DNA of 64,000 bases. It comes from Hydrolagus colliei. Its lineage: Eukaryota. The notes under the pieces were generated by a model. The model was given only the letters and a program-made list of their open reading frames with translations, ran no database searches and was not told the origin of the DNA. Positions 52,566 to 64,000 of this stretch are shown one piece after another. Numbering within the stretch: the stretch's first letter is position 1; every line of letters starts with the position of its first letter. A program made the translations under genes and the position numbers. The stretch covers positions 8,122,001 through 8,186,000 of the forward strand of contig CM068750.1 of the NCBI GenBank assembly GCA_035084275.1, read 5' to 3'.

Positions 52566-54164
52566 AAAGAAACAATAACCCATGGAAGATCCTTCTTTCA
52601 GAATTATCCATTTTATTCTGAACTGTTTGAATTTTTGTCTGTTCATGAGTTGTGTTTTATTTCTTTCCAATACTTCTTCACACAATGGATAGAAGCAGAG
52701 ATATTGTGGTGGCGGAATCACATGACTTTGTTGCCTCCAGAAAAACAAATTCAGTGCTCAATTAACGAGAAAGAGGGAAACTTGCAATAAATTCTAAAAC
52801 TAAAATATTTGCCTATTGCATACAAAGAAAGTAGATGTGAGCTAAATATTTCACTAAACAAGCAACATTCATGAGTTGTTTTGTAATGAGTTAATGTCTG
52901 TGGATTGAACCTCCAGCGTTATGCACCAGATATTAATCTTTCATGTCAGAATAAAAAATGGGAAATTAAAATTTAATAAGTAGGCTTAGCAAAAAGGCAA
53001 CTGAGGAAACAAAAAAAACTTGAATGCAGTAAATTGGTCAGTACTGTCCCTGGCCTAGGCTAACAAGGCCAATGGAATCCTTTACTTTTGTTGGTTTGGC
53101 TGTAGTTGTTCTCAATTAAAAGTGTCAAAGCTAAGACTAATCATTTGGGGTACACAAATTTTAACATAGTTTCAAGGTGGCACAGTGGCCCTGTTCCATT
53201 CACCCACAATCATAGTCGCACAAGACGCATATGCAATATTAAATTGAACTAATTTAGGGAATTATTTCAACATCTTTTAGCAGAAATTACACAAAATCTC
53301 TGTGGGTTAATGACAATGGAGCTAATTTTTTTCTTTACGTTACTTAATGGATAATCTTGGTACTAACACTACATTTAAAATAAAACATGGATATTACACT
53401 CCATTGTCTGCAGCATATCATGTTAAATTGCCATCCAAGGTACATTAAGTCAGCCAGTGAGTGAAAAGGCCGTTGAATTTATTTAAAGTTTCTGCTTCAA
53501 CAACTGGAAACAGGCTGCTTGGTTTTATAAGTGAGTTTGGCTCATTGTACTGTGACATCCAGGCAAGTCAACACACAGACAATATTTTATATAAATGTCA
53601 CATTACTCGGAATTACATTACATCAGAAGGAAACTTAAGCAATGTGAATTGTCCAATTTGAAATACTGTATAACTATAGTACAGTATTCATTTCTTTAAC
53701 AACTCCTTCAAAATTGCAGGATTTAACTGATTATCATAACAAATCACATGCAGTATTCACATGGAATAATGGTGATAAGTTCATTTGGACATTATGCTTG
53801 CATAATAAATATTCAGAATGCTAACTTTGAAGAAAAATGCACATGGGAATTTCTTGCAAGCTAAATAAAATATATCTGTGAAATCTACATGCTGTGTGAA
53901 AGAATAAAAATCCAGTTGATATTGAACTGATAGATCTGTTAACGAAGATACTTCAAAATGTGAAACATTGGAGTTTTTACTTAATTGGTTCAGCAATAAG
54001 TGCTTTTATCTGAAATGCAGTGTAATTGTAACACAATTACAATTGTGTTAATAAAGTACAGGAACATGCAGTGTGAAGTCAATGTAACCAAACGTAACCT
54101 AGCCATTCATTCCCATTGATTCTAATCCCTTCTTGGTATTACTGCTGATCAGATGTTTCCAAAT

Positions 54165-54410
54165 GACTCAGTCGGGAATGCTGTGATATTGACCTATATA
54201 CAGTAAAACTGCAAGGTCCTTGGTTTAATCATCATGCTGAGTCAGTATTGAATTAGCTGATCTCAGCTGCGGTACCATTTGGGATGCTAAAGCTAGCCTT
54301 CAGTATCACTGGGCTGAGGAAAAAACAACCAAAGTTCCTGCTTGCGATTCTCATCCAGTAATCTCCATTATAAAGCACGTATTTGTGGACCGAAGTGGGG
54401 ACATTCATCA
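54165..54410 (+). mobile_element. Ancient SINE (AmnSINE2-like, tentative)
   Basis: aaggtccttggttt...tgaattagctgatctcagc...cactgggctgaggaaaaaacaaccaaagttcctgct...atccagt. Resembles an ancient vertebrate SINE core (from recall). Confidence 0.5.
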
Positions 54411-55949
54411 TAGTGCAGACTTGTGCTTGTTGGTACTCAGGGAACCATACACTAGCTTATCTTGTGAATTCATACAAATTGAGGGAATTCTCAGCTTGAG
54501 TTGAAATTGAGCTGCTCCAAGGTTTATAACTAGTCTCTGACCAAAAATATCACTGAAATTATAAAATATCCAATGGGTCTAAAGTTTCTAAAAGAAAATC
54601 CCATGGGATGACTAGACAGCCTATTTGGCTGTTTTGTTAGAATGTGTTCTGAAGCTTATCGAGAGACTTCTTGCTGATAGCTTCTGCAGCTGGGAATTAC
54701 TTTCGTAGCATAAAGCAATTTAATAGCACAGTTTGGTCTCGAGTGGTGGGAAATAACTACAGGCATTTTGGATATCTACTGAACTTGTTTGAAATTCAAT
54801 TGTTATCAAAAGATTTCCCTTTCCATTCAATGGCACCTCCTTTCAGCCTAATACTTTGTTGACCTATTTCCCTATCCTGTCTCTGGCTGTACTTTGTTTT
54901 ACTTGCTGTCATATGTCTCCCAGCGAAATGCTTTCATCCACAAACCACAAAAATCAGTTTGACATAAATGCTTTCTAGAGTGATGGGGGAGATAGAGAAT
55001 TGGAGACAGACCTATGTAGCAAACTGAATGGAAGATGAGACACCAAGTAGAACTGTAACTGCTTTAATAACTTTTTATAAGATATTCTTGGTGGTAAACA
55101 GACTCATTTGGCAGGGTTTCCTTTTCCTTTTCACAAGATAACAGCTGTTTTACAGGTAATGACAAAATGAGCTTACAAACTACAAACCGAGAAAGTAGTT
55201 GCATCATATATGCACCTGAGAAAGTAAGGTTTGTTCAAAGACTGGCAGGCTTCGTCAAAAGGCATTTGGCAAACCTTGTCTCAACTTATAGACACAAAAT
55301 CCAAAAACATAAATCACAAATGAAACGTATCTTGACTGGCACACTGGTTAACTCCTCCAGCAGCAAATCAATGTTTTTTTAAAATATAAAGCCACATTAA
55401 AACCTTTGTCTAAGAGCAGAGATGTTCACTAGATGTGAGTGCCAGATAAATAACTTAAACTCTTTTTGAAAAAAAATCCATTGCGGTTATAGTTTTATTC
55501 AAGATTAAGTAAATTCCAAATCTATTTTTTGATCATTTACAAAGCAAATTGCTAAGAAGAGATGTGTCATCATGTGCCTCTCATCGGGTTGGTCTTGGCA
55601 GACATGATGGTACCAAGAAGAAATTGATAGACACAAAGCCATGATTTTACTGGTAGCAGATGGATGCTTGATGATAAATTAATTGCAAAGAGAAAGGAAT
55701 TGCTGGGGTGAAATAGCCTCTCATTTTTTAGGATTTTACAAAACTTACAAATGTTTCACCAAGGCTTGAAACTTTGCCTTCTGTAGCATTCATTGGTATA
55801 AAGGACAATGGGACCTGCCCTGCATAGGGGACACTACATAAATGCAAGTTGTTGTTGTTGGGCTATATTTGAGTCAAGTCCTTGAGTGCAAAATAAAAAG
55901 GTCAACTGTTCAGAAATGCAAAGGGACCGTTCAATATTTAACAATATTG

Positions 55950-56070
55950 TAATAGTAATAATCTTCGTATTTGAAATGGGGCTTTTCATGTTGGGAGGAT
56001 ATCTCAAAGCATTTCACAGGTTGTACTGGAGAAACTGGCAGCCAGTTTACAATGTCCCACAAACAGTCAA
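55950..56070 (-). mobile_element. SINE tail and Deu fragment
   Basis: taataatcttcgtatttgaaatggggcttttcatg...gatatctcaaagcatttcacag...ggcagcca...tgtcccacaaacag. Confidence 0.65.
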
Positions 56071-56089
56071 ACTATCCATTTATATTATC

Positions 56090-56198
56090 ATCCATTAGGT
56101 TTGGACGAAGGGTCATGGACCAGAAACGTTGACTCACTTTCCTTTCGCCACAGATGCTGCCTGATCTGCTAAGTGTTCCCAGTGACTTCTGTTTTTGT
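56090..56198 (+). mobile_element. Short Penelope-like element terminus with a hammerhead-like motif and an imperfect 17-bp TSD
   Basis: GACGA-AGGGTC-ATG-GACCA-GAAAC-GTTGACTC...agatgctgcctgatctgctaagtgttccc. Flanks are TATCCATTTATATTATC (56073-56089) and TATCAATTCATATTATC (56199-56215), 15/17 identical. Confidence 0.72.
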
Positions 56199-56603
56199 TA
56201 TCAATTCATATTATCTGATCTCAGTACTGTGCAGATCTGTCAGCCTGTTTCTATACTGTAACATTTAAGGTTGCACTTGTGTTTGATTTATTTTCTAACA
56301 ACTTTCCAAGCAATGGTTGTTTTATAGCTCTAAGCCCTTAGATCCTCAGCAGAAAACTTGTAATTTACAACAGTAGGTGTTGCACATTAGCTCAAGATTG
56401 TCACGTATATTTTTTTCAGAGAAAAATTTTCATTATCAATGCCTGCAGTGATTCGGGTCTGCCGACTTCATTCAGAGCTGCCAGAATCTCTGCAACATCA
56501 ATCTCTGCTTTCTAATTATTGATCGCATCCAGCTAATGCTGCTTTTATGGGTTTTCAGGCAGATGTGGTCTCTTTCTGGGAAAATCTGTCAATGAATTTA
56601 TTG

Positions 56604-56980
56604 AGTGTCAGCCTGGCTGAATTGGTAGCACTCTTGTTTTTGAATCTCAAGTTTGTGGGTTCAAGCCCCACGGCAGGACTTTGAACCTACAACCCAAGTT
56701 GGTGCAGAGATGTTGAGCTGAGGTCCTGTCTACCTGTTCAAGTGGGTGTTAACTATCCTTGGCATGACTCAACAGGAAAGTTTCTTAACATCACATCAAT
56801 TAACATTGCTATGTTTTAAATATTGCTGGGTGCAAAATTGACTACACAATACATACAGTACGTCTTACGAGGCACCTTGGGACATCCTCATGACGTGAAA
56901 GGCGCTATACAAATATAATTTGTTGTTGAGACATTCTCCAAATGTAACAGGTGCTATACAAAATGCAAGGATTATTATTT
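56604..56980 (+). mobile_element. SacSINE1/AmnSINE1-like Deu-SINE with a nested L2 tail (about 56870-56929)
   Basis: Head gtgtcagcctggctgaattggtagcactc...gtgggttcaagcccca, core, then gcaccttgggacatcctcatgacgtgaaaggcgctatac...tttgttgttg, then the SINE's own tail ...aaatgcaaggattattatt. Confidence 0.7.
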
Positions 56981-57682
56981 ATCCATTTAGACCAGAAACG
57001 CTGAACAAATTGTTTGCTTGAAATTATATTTCCCACTTTCCCTTGACATTATTTATATTGCATTTATCCCACATATTTATAAAATTATTTTTAATTGTGT
57101 ATTTGTCTAAAGCGATAGTTCCTTTGTAAATCTCTGCAAACCTCTTGCCCTGGCATTTTAATACTATAGTATAAATTCTGGTCGTCTCTGGCACACAGCA
57201 AATAAAATCCCCGTCTAATCTTTGCTTCCCAGCTTGCAATTCTGTCTGGTGGCTTCATTGTCCTTCACTGCAGTTTATACCCCTCTCAGCTACTCTGTGT
57301 CATAGCCAGTGCTATGAAATGTAAAATGAACCACTTTTTCGAGGCTCTTTTATATAGCTTAAAAACTGAATTAAAAAAAAATTTAAAAAAATTACCACCT
57401 CAAGCACACTCTGAGATGTAAGCTCTCTAAAGATTCTTAAGGTCCCTTTTAAGCAATGTTTTGGGTTGAGCAATGCAGCTTTTAATAATAATCTTTACAT
57501 TTGATATAGCAGCTGAATCAAAGTGCTTCACAGGTATGGTGTAAAGTGGAGTAACAATGTATTTTGGGTGAATGCCCCCAAGAGTAAATCTGATGAGAAA
57601 ATATTTACTTCTCATAAAATACAGGAAAAGATTTATTGGGCCCTAAGATGTGCATCTGCAATAAACATAATTGGAATTGAAA

Positions 57683-57860
57683 AAAATACGCAAAATATTG
57701 CAGATGCTGGAAAACTGAAACAAGAACAGAAATTGCTGGGAACACTCAGCAGGTCAGGCATCATCTATGGAGAAAGGACAACTGAGTCAATGTTTCGGGT
57801 CCACGACCCTTTGTCAGTTCTGATGAAGGATCGTGGACGCAAAACGTTGACTCACTTTTC
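57683..57860 (-). mobile_element. Penelope-like terminus ending in a head-to-head duplicated hammerhead-like motif
   Basis: gcagatgctggaaa...aattgctgggaacactcagcaggtcaggc...ggagaaagg is followed by 35-bp inverted arms at 57783-57817 and 57820-57854. Confidence 0.75.
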
Positions 57861-59984
57861 TGTTTATAAATTGAATTTCAAATGCATTTTAATTTAACTC
57901 GCTACAACAACAACATTTATATAGCACCCTTCACAGGGGGTAATGTCCCAGAGCTTTATATCAAGGTTAATTTGACAAGCTGTATTCATTGATTGGTTAA
58001 GAAAAAATACAGTAAAGACTTATCATTTCATGATGATTTTTCATGTAGCTTGTGCATTATTAATATTCTTTGTAACTTGAGAAAACTAATACGAGACTGC
58101 TGCAAACGATTTACATTTGAATCTTTAAATTAATCAATTTAAATGGGTTATTCGTTAATGAGAGTCATAAAATCAAATACTGATTGACAAAATGTATCAG
58201 TTGTTGTGATGCAAAATCACACAGCAATTTATGGAAAAATAATGTATTCACTTTTTTTAAATACATCGTGAGCTTGAAAGTGAAACAGGACCCAATGCTT
58301 TCCAAAATTTCTTAAGCAGAATGTGTCCCTCTGGGAAGAGAGTGCATTCGACTCCAGTTAAATGGGAATTGTTCAATGTAGTCAGCATGCAAATGTGGAA
58401 CTCAGTCTTGTTCGGAGACTCTTAGGCATGGCAATCAGATTCTGCATTGTGTCAGACACCCGACTGACCAGAAAAAAGTGAAACCCTACCCATTTATATT
58501 CTTCAGACTCTGACAAATTCTTTGATTAGTTCCTGAAATGACGAGCATTACAGATTTTTTTTTGCTTTTGTTTAATTCAATTATTTTCAGTACATTATTC
58601 CCTTTAGAAAGTAATGTAAAGAATCCAAACCTTTATCAAGAAAAAGTAATTCAGGGTTCATTGCCTTAGTTTTTCCAATATTAATACAGGAAAATTGTAA
58701 GTTAATTATTTTAGCAGATATAACCATTAGCACCAGAAAAGGAGTGTCTGGGTAATTTCTGCTAATTTTTTCTCCATTTACAATTGGAGATAAATTACTG
58801 TCTGAATTATTGTGGGAAAATTAATCTTGCAGATAGTGGTATTGCAGGTTAATTCAGTAGGTAGTTGCTTCTTGTACAACAGATGTTGAATTCCCAAGAA
58901 TGGGTGAGATGTTACACTGAAATTCCTTTTGTCTGTTGGGCGAACATGAGAAGAGGAGAGAGTTTCTTCTAGCATTCTGACCGTTCACTCTCCATGTAAG
59001 TGAGTCATTCACCTCATAGGTGCACAAATGGCCTCAATAATGCCATTTATTGCAAAAAGTAGTAATTAATAGGAATAATGAAATTATAATTCTTTAATTT
59101 GTTATGATGCTTTTCACAATAGGAAGATATCTCAAAACGCTTCACCAGAATGTACTCTAAAGTGTTTTGACTATGTATTTGATAATTAAACACTGAGAAA
59201 TTTTGGTATGTTGATGTGCTATAAAAAGGTAAACTTTTTCCTTTGTACACTGAAGAACTGAAAACTTCGCTCTGCTATTGCGCTGGTCTAAAGTGCTGCG
59301 GCAAAGTTATTGATTGTTTCTGCATTCAGCAGAGGCTGGGGGAATCGATCTTTAACAAGATTTGGGAGCAGCTACCTTACCTCTCCATCATCTTCAAATG
59401 TCATGGGAGACATTGTGTTACACGAGAAGCCTTTATATCACTCGTTCACAACAACAAATTGATTATTGGTACATTTCCATCTGTACACTTCAAACAGTAT
59501 TGAAACATTTATGGCTTTAAATGCAGTAAATCTGTACAAAGTATGGCCAGGCAAGCTTTATCTTTTTGGGTTACCCCAAACAGTCCTCTGGAAATTAAAA
59601 CCTTCCACGGTTTTTTACCTGGCTAGCATAATTTTTACCTTTCCTCATAATTTACATGATGAATAATTGGATGATATATCAACTTTGACAACAATTAGAG
59701 CATCCGATGCAGCTCTCATCAAGCGACAAAAGAATGCTGGAAGCAATGGAGCAGAGCGATAAAGCATTCATACAGATCTTGCCACAAAGAATTGTGATTC
59801 ATCTACTACAGCCAAGGAAGTTTCCAATGCAAAGGTGAGCCTGTGGTGAAATACTGCCATCCGAGACACAAACTGTCCAATAATTCCTCTGTTGATACTG
59901 TATTGGGGTATATCATGTGGAGATTTCTAACTCCCAACAAGCATTCCTTATTAAAGAATATGAAACGCAATTGGGGATTTCAGT

Positions 59985-60198
59985 AAAATAAAAAATGCGC
60001 CTGCAAATACACCTGTAAAAAATATGCCTACAAAATACAAAAGTCACTACACTTTACAGTAGAATCGACGTGAGACACCTTCCTGACATGAAAGGCGCTT
60101 TATAAATGTAAATTGCATTTTATTGTAATCTCTGTGAAGCACTTTGAAAGTTCCTCCCGACATGAAAGGCACTGTATCAAAGGCAAGTATTATTATTA
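59985..60198 (+). mobile_element. SINE 3' fragment with two tandem tail units
   Basis: gtcactacacttt...gacatgaaaggcgctttataaatgtaa, then ctgtgaagcactttg...cctcccgacatgaaaggcactgtatcaaaggcaagtattattatt. Confidence 0.65.
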
Positions 60199-60450
60199 AT
60201 CAGGTCAATGCTGTAATTTCTCATCAATAATTTCTAAAATATTCTGTACAATCTGCGTGTGAATTGCAAAATATTGTACTGTGTTAATATTTATTTTGTT
60301 GTAAGTAAGAAGTTTGAAGAAGTCAATCAAAAATATCACCAAGAAGTGTGGAGTTTCTAACTAATTTACGAAGGGAGAAAGATTCTTGTCAATAATAGTC
60401 GAATGGAATCTAGAAAGTGTAAAGCCATGGCCAATGTACAGTAACTTCAG

Positions 60451-61149
60451 TACGATGGAAACTCCCTCCTCGTCGCCCTTCCCGGCTCTTCACTTCACAA
60501 GCTGCAGATCATCCAGAACTCTACAGCTCGTGTCCTCTCCCGCACCAACAGCAACAACAACATAATTACATTTGTATAGCACCTTTCACATCAGGAGGAC
60601 GTCCCAAGGCGCTTAACAATCAATCAATCAATCAATCAATCTCTCTCTCTCGCTCTCTCGCTCTCTCGCTCTATCTCACAAGCTCGGCGACCACATCACT
60701 CCCACCCTCGCTCCATTGGTTCCCCATCCCCCAGAGGATCGAATTCGAGATCCTTGTCCTCACTTTCAAGGCCATTCACATCCTTGTTCCCTCCTATCTC
60801 TCCGACCTGCTGTCTCACTATGAATCTACCTGCCCCCTCCATTTAGCGGGCTCTGGTCTGCTCCATGTACCCCATCCAACCTGCCCTCCCATCAGTAGAT
60901 GGACTTTCAGCCTCTCTGCCCCCACACTCTGGAACTCCACCCCACAGTCCCTTCACCTCATTTCCTCCCTTGCCTCCTTCAAGGCCGGTCTCAAGACCCT
61001 CCTCTTCGATCATGGCTTCTGCTGCCCTCCTATCTCTCTCCCTCCCCACTACCCTTATTAGGGTCCCAACCTGACTGTTCAGTACCTTGGGACATCCTCC
61101 TGATATGAAAGACGCTCTATAAATGTAATTTGGTTTTTTTTTGTTGTTG
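60451..61149 (+). mobile_element. 5'-truncated L2 LINE with an internal inverted tail/microsatellite insert (about 60547-60679)
   Basis: Reads GNSLLVALPGSSLHKLQIIQNSTARVLSRT | insert | KLGDHITPTL...PIPQRIEFEILVLTFKAIHILVPSYLSDLL and ends gtaccttgggacatcctcctgatatgaaagacgctctataaatgtaatttgg...ttgttgttg. Colinear with 26141-26731. Confidence 0.9.
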
Positions 61150-61500
61150 AAACAGTCATTCAGTATGGATGGAGGTTAATCAGTTCCATTGTGAGTTTCA
61201 GGTATCCGAAAATGTCATCCACTCTCCAATTAAGCTGATCGCTTGGTATCTGAAACCAATTAAGAGGTCCATGTGCAATTTTGCTCTGTACACAGTTTGC
61301 CTGCGAGTGGAGCTCTGAGCTGTCACCCAAGAGATTGAGGATTAACAGAACTTGACCCACCCCAGGGAAGTGTAAAGCAGAGGAAACTGGAAGTGAGTCA
61401 AGATATTCTGATTGAATGCCAGATTGGTTACTTTAGCTTTACTCTTAGTAACCGTCATCAAATTGCTATGAGGAAGTTGTAAAGCTGCAATATAATCGAC

Positions 61501-61715
61501 GCGTCAGCCTGGCTCGGTTGGTAGCACTTTCACCTCTGAGTCAGGGGCCCGTTCCTTGAAGCCCCATATGGGGACATAAAACTCAAAATCTAGGCTGGCA
61601 TTCTAATGCAATGTTGAGGATGCCCTGCTTTGTTGTAAAGTTCCTTTGGTTCAGACCTAGACCAAGGTTCTGTCTGCCTGTTCATGTAAACATGTTAAAC
61701 ATTCCCATACCATTG
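61501..61715 (+). mobile_element. SacSINE1/AmnSINE1-like SINE 5' part
   Basis: gcgtcagcctggctcggttggtagcactttcacctctgagtcag...aatctaggctggca...ctgtctgcctgttca. Confidence 0.65.
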
Positions 61716-64000
61716 AAGCATGTTCCCTAGGTTTCTTTTTCCCCTTTGCTTTGGCCAAAGGAGATCAATGTAAAACCATCCATACTTAACACATGTAGCT
61801 TTTACTAACCAGCAATAATTTGAAATGTTCAACAATTAAAGCCAACCTCAAAGTTTGACAATAAATGTCCATCTTAAATTCCAGCCCTGAATCCCACCAA
61901 TGTACCATTTAAATAGTTTCCGGCCTTCAACAGCCTCCTAAAGCTTTCATACAACAGCTGGACAGAGAAAGAAGAAACTCCAGGTCCCTGACTGATTGCA
62001 TAAAAACTTTCGGCACTTCTTAAGCAACTGATTCTTGAAGGAAATGTTGCATTGTTAGGTAAACTTTAAGTGACATCTGTTTTGCTACTGGCACTGGCAA
62101 TCAGGTAGATTAATCCAACATTAGTCAGTCAGTAACATCTACATAAATACATACAGTGATTGGAATGAGATTCCCTCATAAAACAGCACATAATTGCCCC
62201 TTCATTTGGCCATGTGCACCATCAGTTTCTTCAGGTTGAACAGGATGGGATGTCTCACCTGTGTCCTCAGATAGTGGTGATGCCATTGACATTTCCAGCA
62301 ATGTTTCCACTTCATCAATTATCATCACAACAGCACCTTACTTTGGGTGTCTGCAGATGCTGGTGTTTGAGACCTGCCACCCTATTGCACAAACATGAAA
62401 ACAGCTTTAGCAAACTAACAGTAAGCACATACTGAGAACTCAGCAGATGCCGCCTGTTCTAAAAAAAATACTGAAACAATAAATGCAAATCATTGCAATG
62501 TTGTGTAATGGCAGTTAAAGGAATATTGTTTATCACTTGCCTGATGAAATGAGTTCCAAAGGCAAGAAGGTCAATTTAAATCTGCATATAATAAAGAGTG
62601 TGCTAGTCAACACAACACACCAGACCTGTTAACTTTAAAAGGCATACCTGCCTTTCAATTGATTTAATAGGGGATGTTAAGGGATGTTGCTTCTTCTTCC
62701 TCCATGAGCTGCCCCCTGAAGCTCTTGGCACTTATTCAGCCAATGTCAGCATGCATCAGCCTTGTTCTTTTCCATCTCGAACACTCTGGTTCTTTGTCCA
62801 CTTAATGTTGTTTTCAATGTTTTCGGCAGTCCTCTCCATTTATTTTCATTTGACACACAACATTACACTTTAGGTAGTTTCTGGTGAGATTGCCTCCTAT
62901 TTTTTAAGATGTTGACATAAGACATCAGTGGTCTGGTACAATTCTGAAACTCTTGCCTCCCAACTTATCCATCGCACGTTTTTGTAGCCTTCATCATCAT
63001 TATATTCCAGCCTTCGAAACAGCACTGGAATAATTTAGAGTTGAGTGTCTCATTACCTGTGATTAATTTGATTAATTTTGACTTGGGTGTTGATTGCACA
63101 GCTACATCCATCAATTCACTGCTACAGTGAAAACCGATAGCACCACATCAGCGACTTGATAGGGAATTAAAATATTTGCCACCAATTTACTGTCAAAATA
63201 GCTGCCAAGAGCAAATCATGCCTGTCTTAAACTGCATAAAATCCAAAGCAGATTGATGCAAAAAAAAGATTAACTTGTAGCTAATTTTTAAAAACTGAAA
63301 TAGAGATTAATACTCTCATCTTCCCTCCCAATAATTCCAAACCCAGATAAACTCAGGGTCAAGTAGAGTTCAGAGGCAATGCCTTTGCCTTGTTGAAGTT
63401 GATCTTTTTGGTGCCACAGATGTAGGATTCATTCTCTTTAAGGGATGAGTGTTTTTCATACTTGAATTTTTTAAATCACGTTTTTCCTTGTGATGTTCAT
63501 GTCACTCAGTATATTGGCACTTCCTGTTGCTAACAGTCAAAAGTTACTTTAATAATGCATCAAAGCCTAAGATGAGAACTTGGTTGATTTGAGGGTATGA
63601 TATGAGGAACTGAAGTGATGAGGACCATTTTCATGACTTTCTTTCTGCCATGATACAGGAATTGTAATTGTAAATTTACCTTTGAAGTCAAGATATTGTC
63701 TTGTCAGCATCATCTACAGACAGAATCATCAACTTCAGCATCAATTTAGATTTTTTTGAAATGTCTGATGTGCTTTCAAAACCTCATGTACATTATGCAA
63801 CATGCATGTTCATAATGCATCTTCTGAAATTACAACCAGATTTCAAATTTGAAAACGTTAGCTTTGAGATATGTTTTGTGCTTCTATCTCTAAATGTAAC
63901 AAAACATAAATCATTTTAGTTAACAATAACTTCTTGAGTTCCCTTTTAAACAGTCCAGCAACCTTTATTATGTCTTAACAAATTAACAGTGAAAATGTAT

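Noticed and set aside
54030-54049. Small palindrome AACACAATT-AC-AATTGTGTT
   Set aside because: A 9-bp AT-rich stem is expected by chance or local slippage in 64 kb.
62650-63050. Purine-rich minus-strand stretch with protein-like pieces (IIPVLFRRLEYNDDEGYKNVRWISWEARVSELYQ...)
   Set aside because: It has multiple in-frame stops and I recognise no family, so I cannot support a gene or pseudogene call without a homology search.
40700-64000. A second protein-coding gene downstream of FUT8
   Set aside because: The ORFs here are short, compositionally random or repeat-derived. I found no chain of phase-compatible exons with recognisable homology.

Overview
This is AT-rich, intron-containing vertebrate genomic DNA, not prokaryotic. 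It holds the 3' part of FUT8 (alpha-1,6-fucosyltransferase, core fucosyltransferase) on the + strand. Six coding exons (2831-2945, 12994-13231, 24639-24885, 30015-30191, 32410-32560, 38735-39064) have canonical GT-AG sites and compatible phases. Together they encode the end of the coiled-coil stem, the GT-B catalytic domain and the SH3 domain. The 5' exons lie upstream of the window. A 3' UTR follows, then about 24 kb with no recognisable protein-coding gene. The repeats are tRNA-headed Deu-domain SINEs, L2 and CR1 LINE fragments, Penelope-like termini and a Tigger/pogo-like element, which suggests a cartilaginous fish, possibly a chimaera (inference). Almost all other ORFs in the track are spurious or come from repeats. 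The most interesting signals are: (1) four short Penelope-like insertions carrying a decayed minimal hammerhead-ribozyme motif, three with clear 10-17 bp target-site duplications and one with the motif as a head-to-head palindrome; (2) a 732-bp foldback Tigger-like element with two outward-facing transposase N-termini; (3) tail-only L2 insertions repeatedly nested in other repeats; (4) a probably deeply conserved FUT8 3' UTR block and several Pbx/Meis/Hox-motif-rich enhancer candidates; (5) an unexplained perfect 22-bp direct repeat. I found no evidence of a CRISPR-like or otherwise new protein-coding system.
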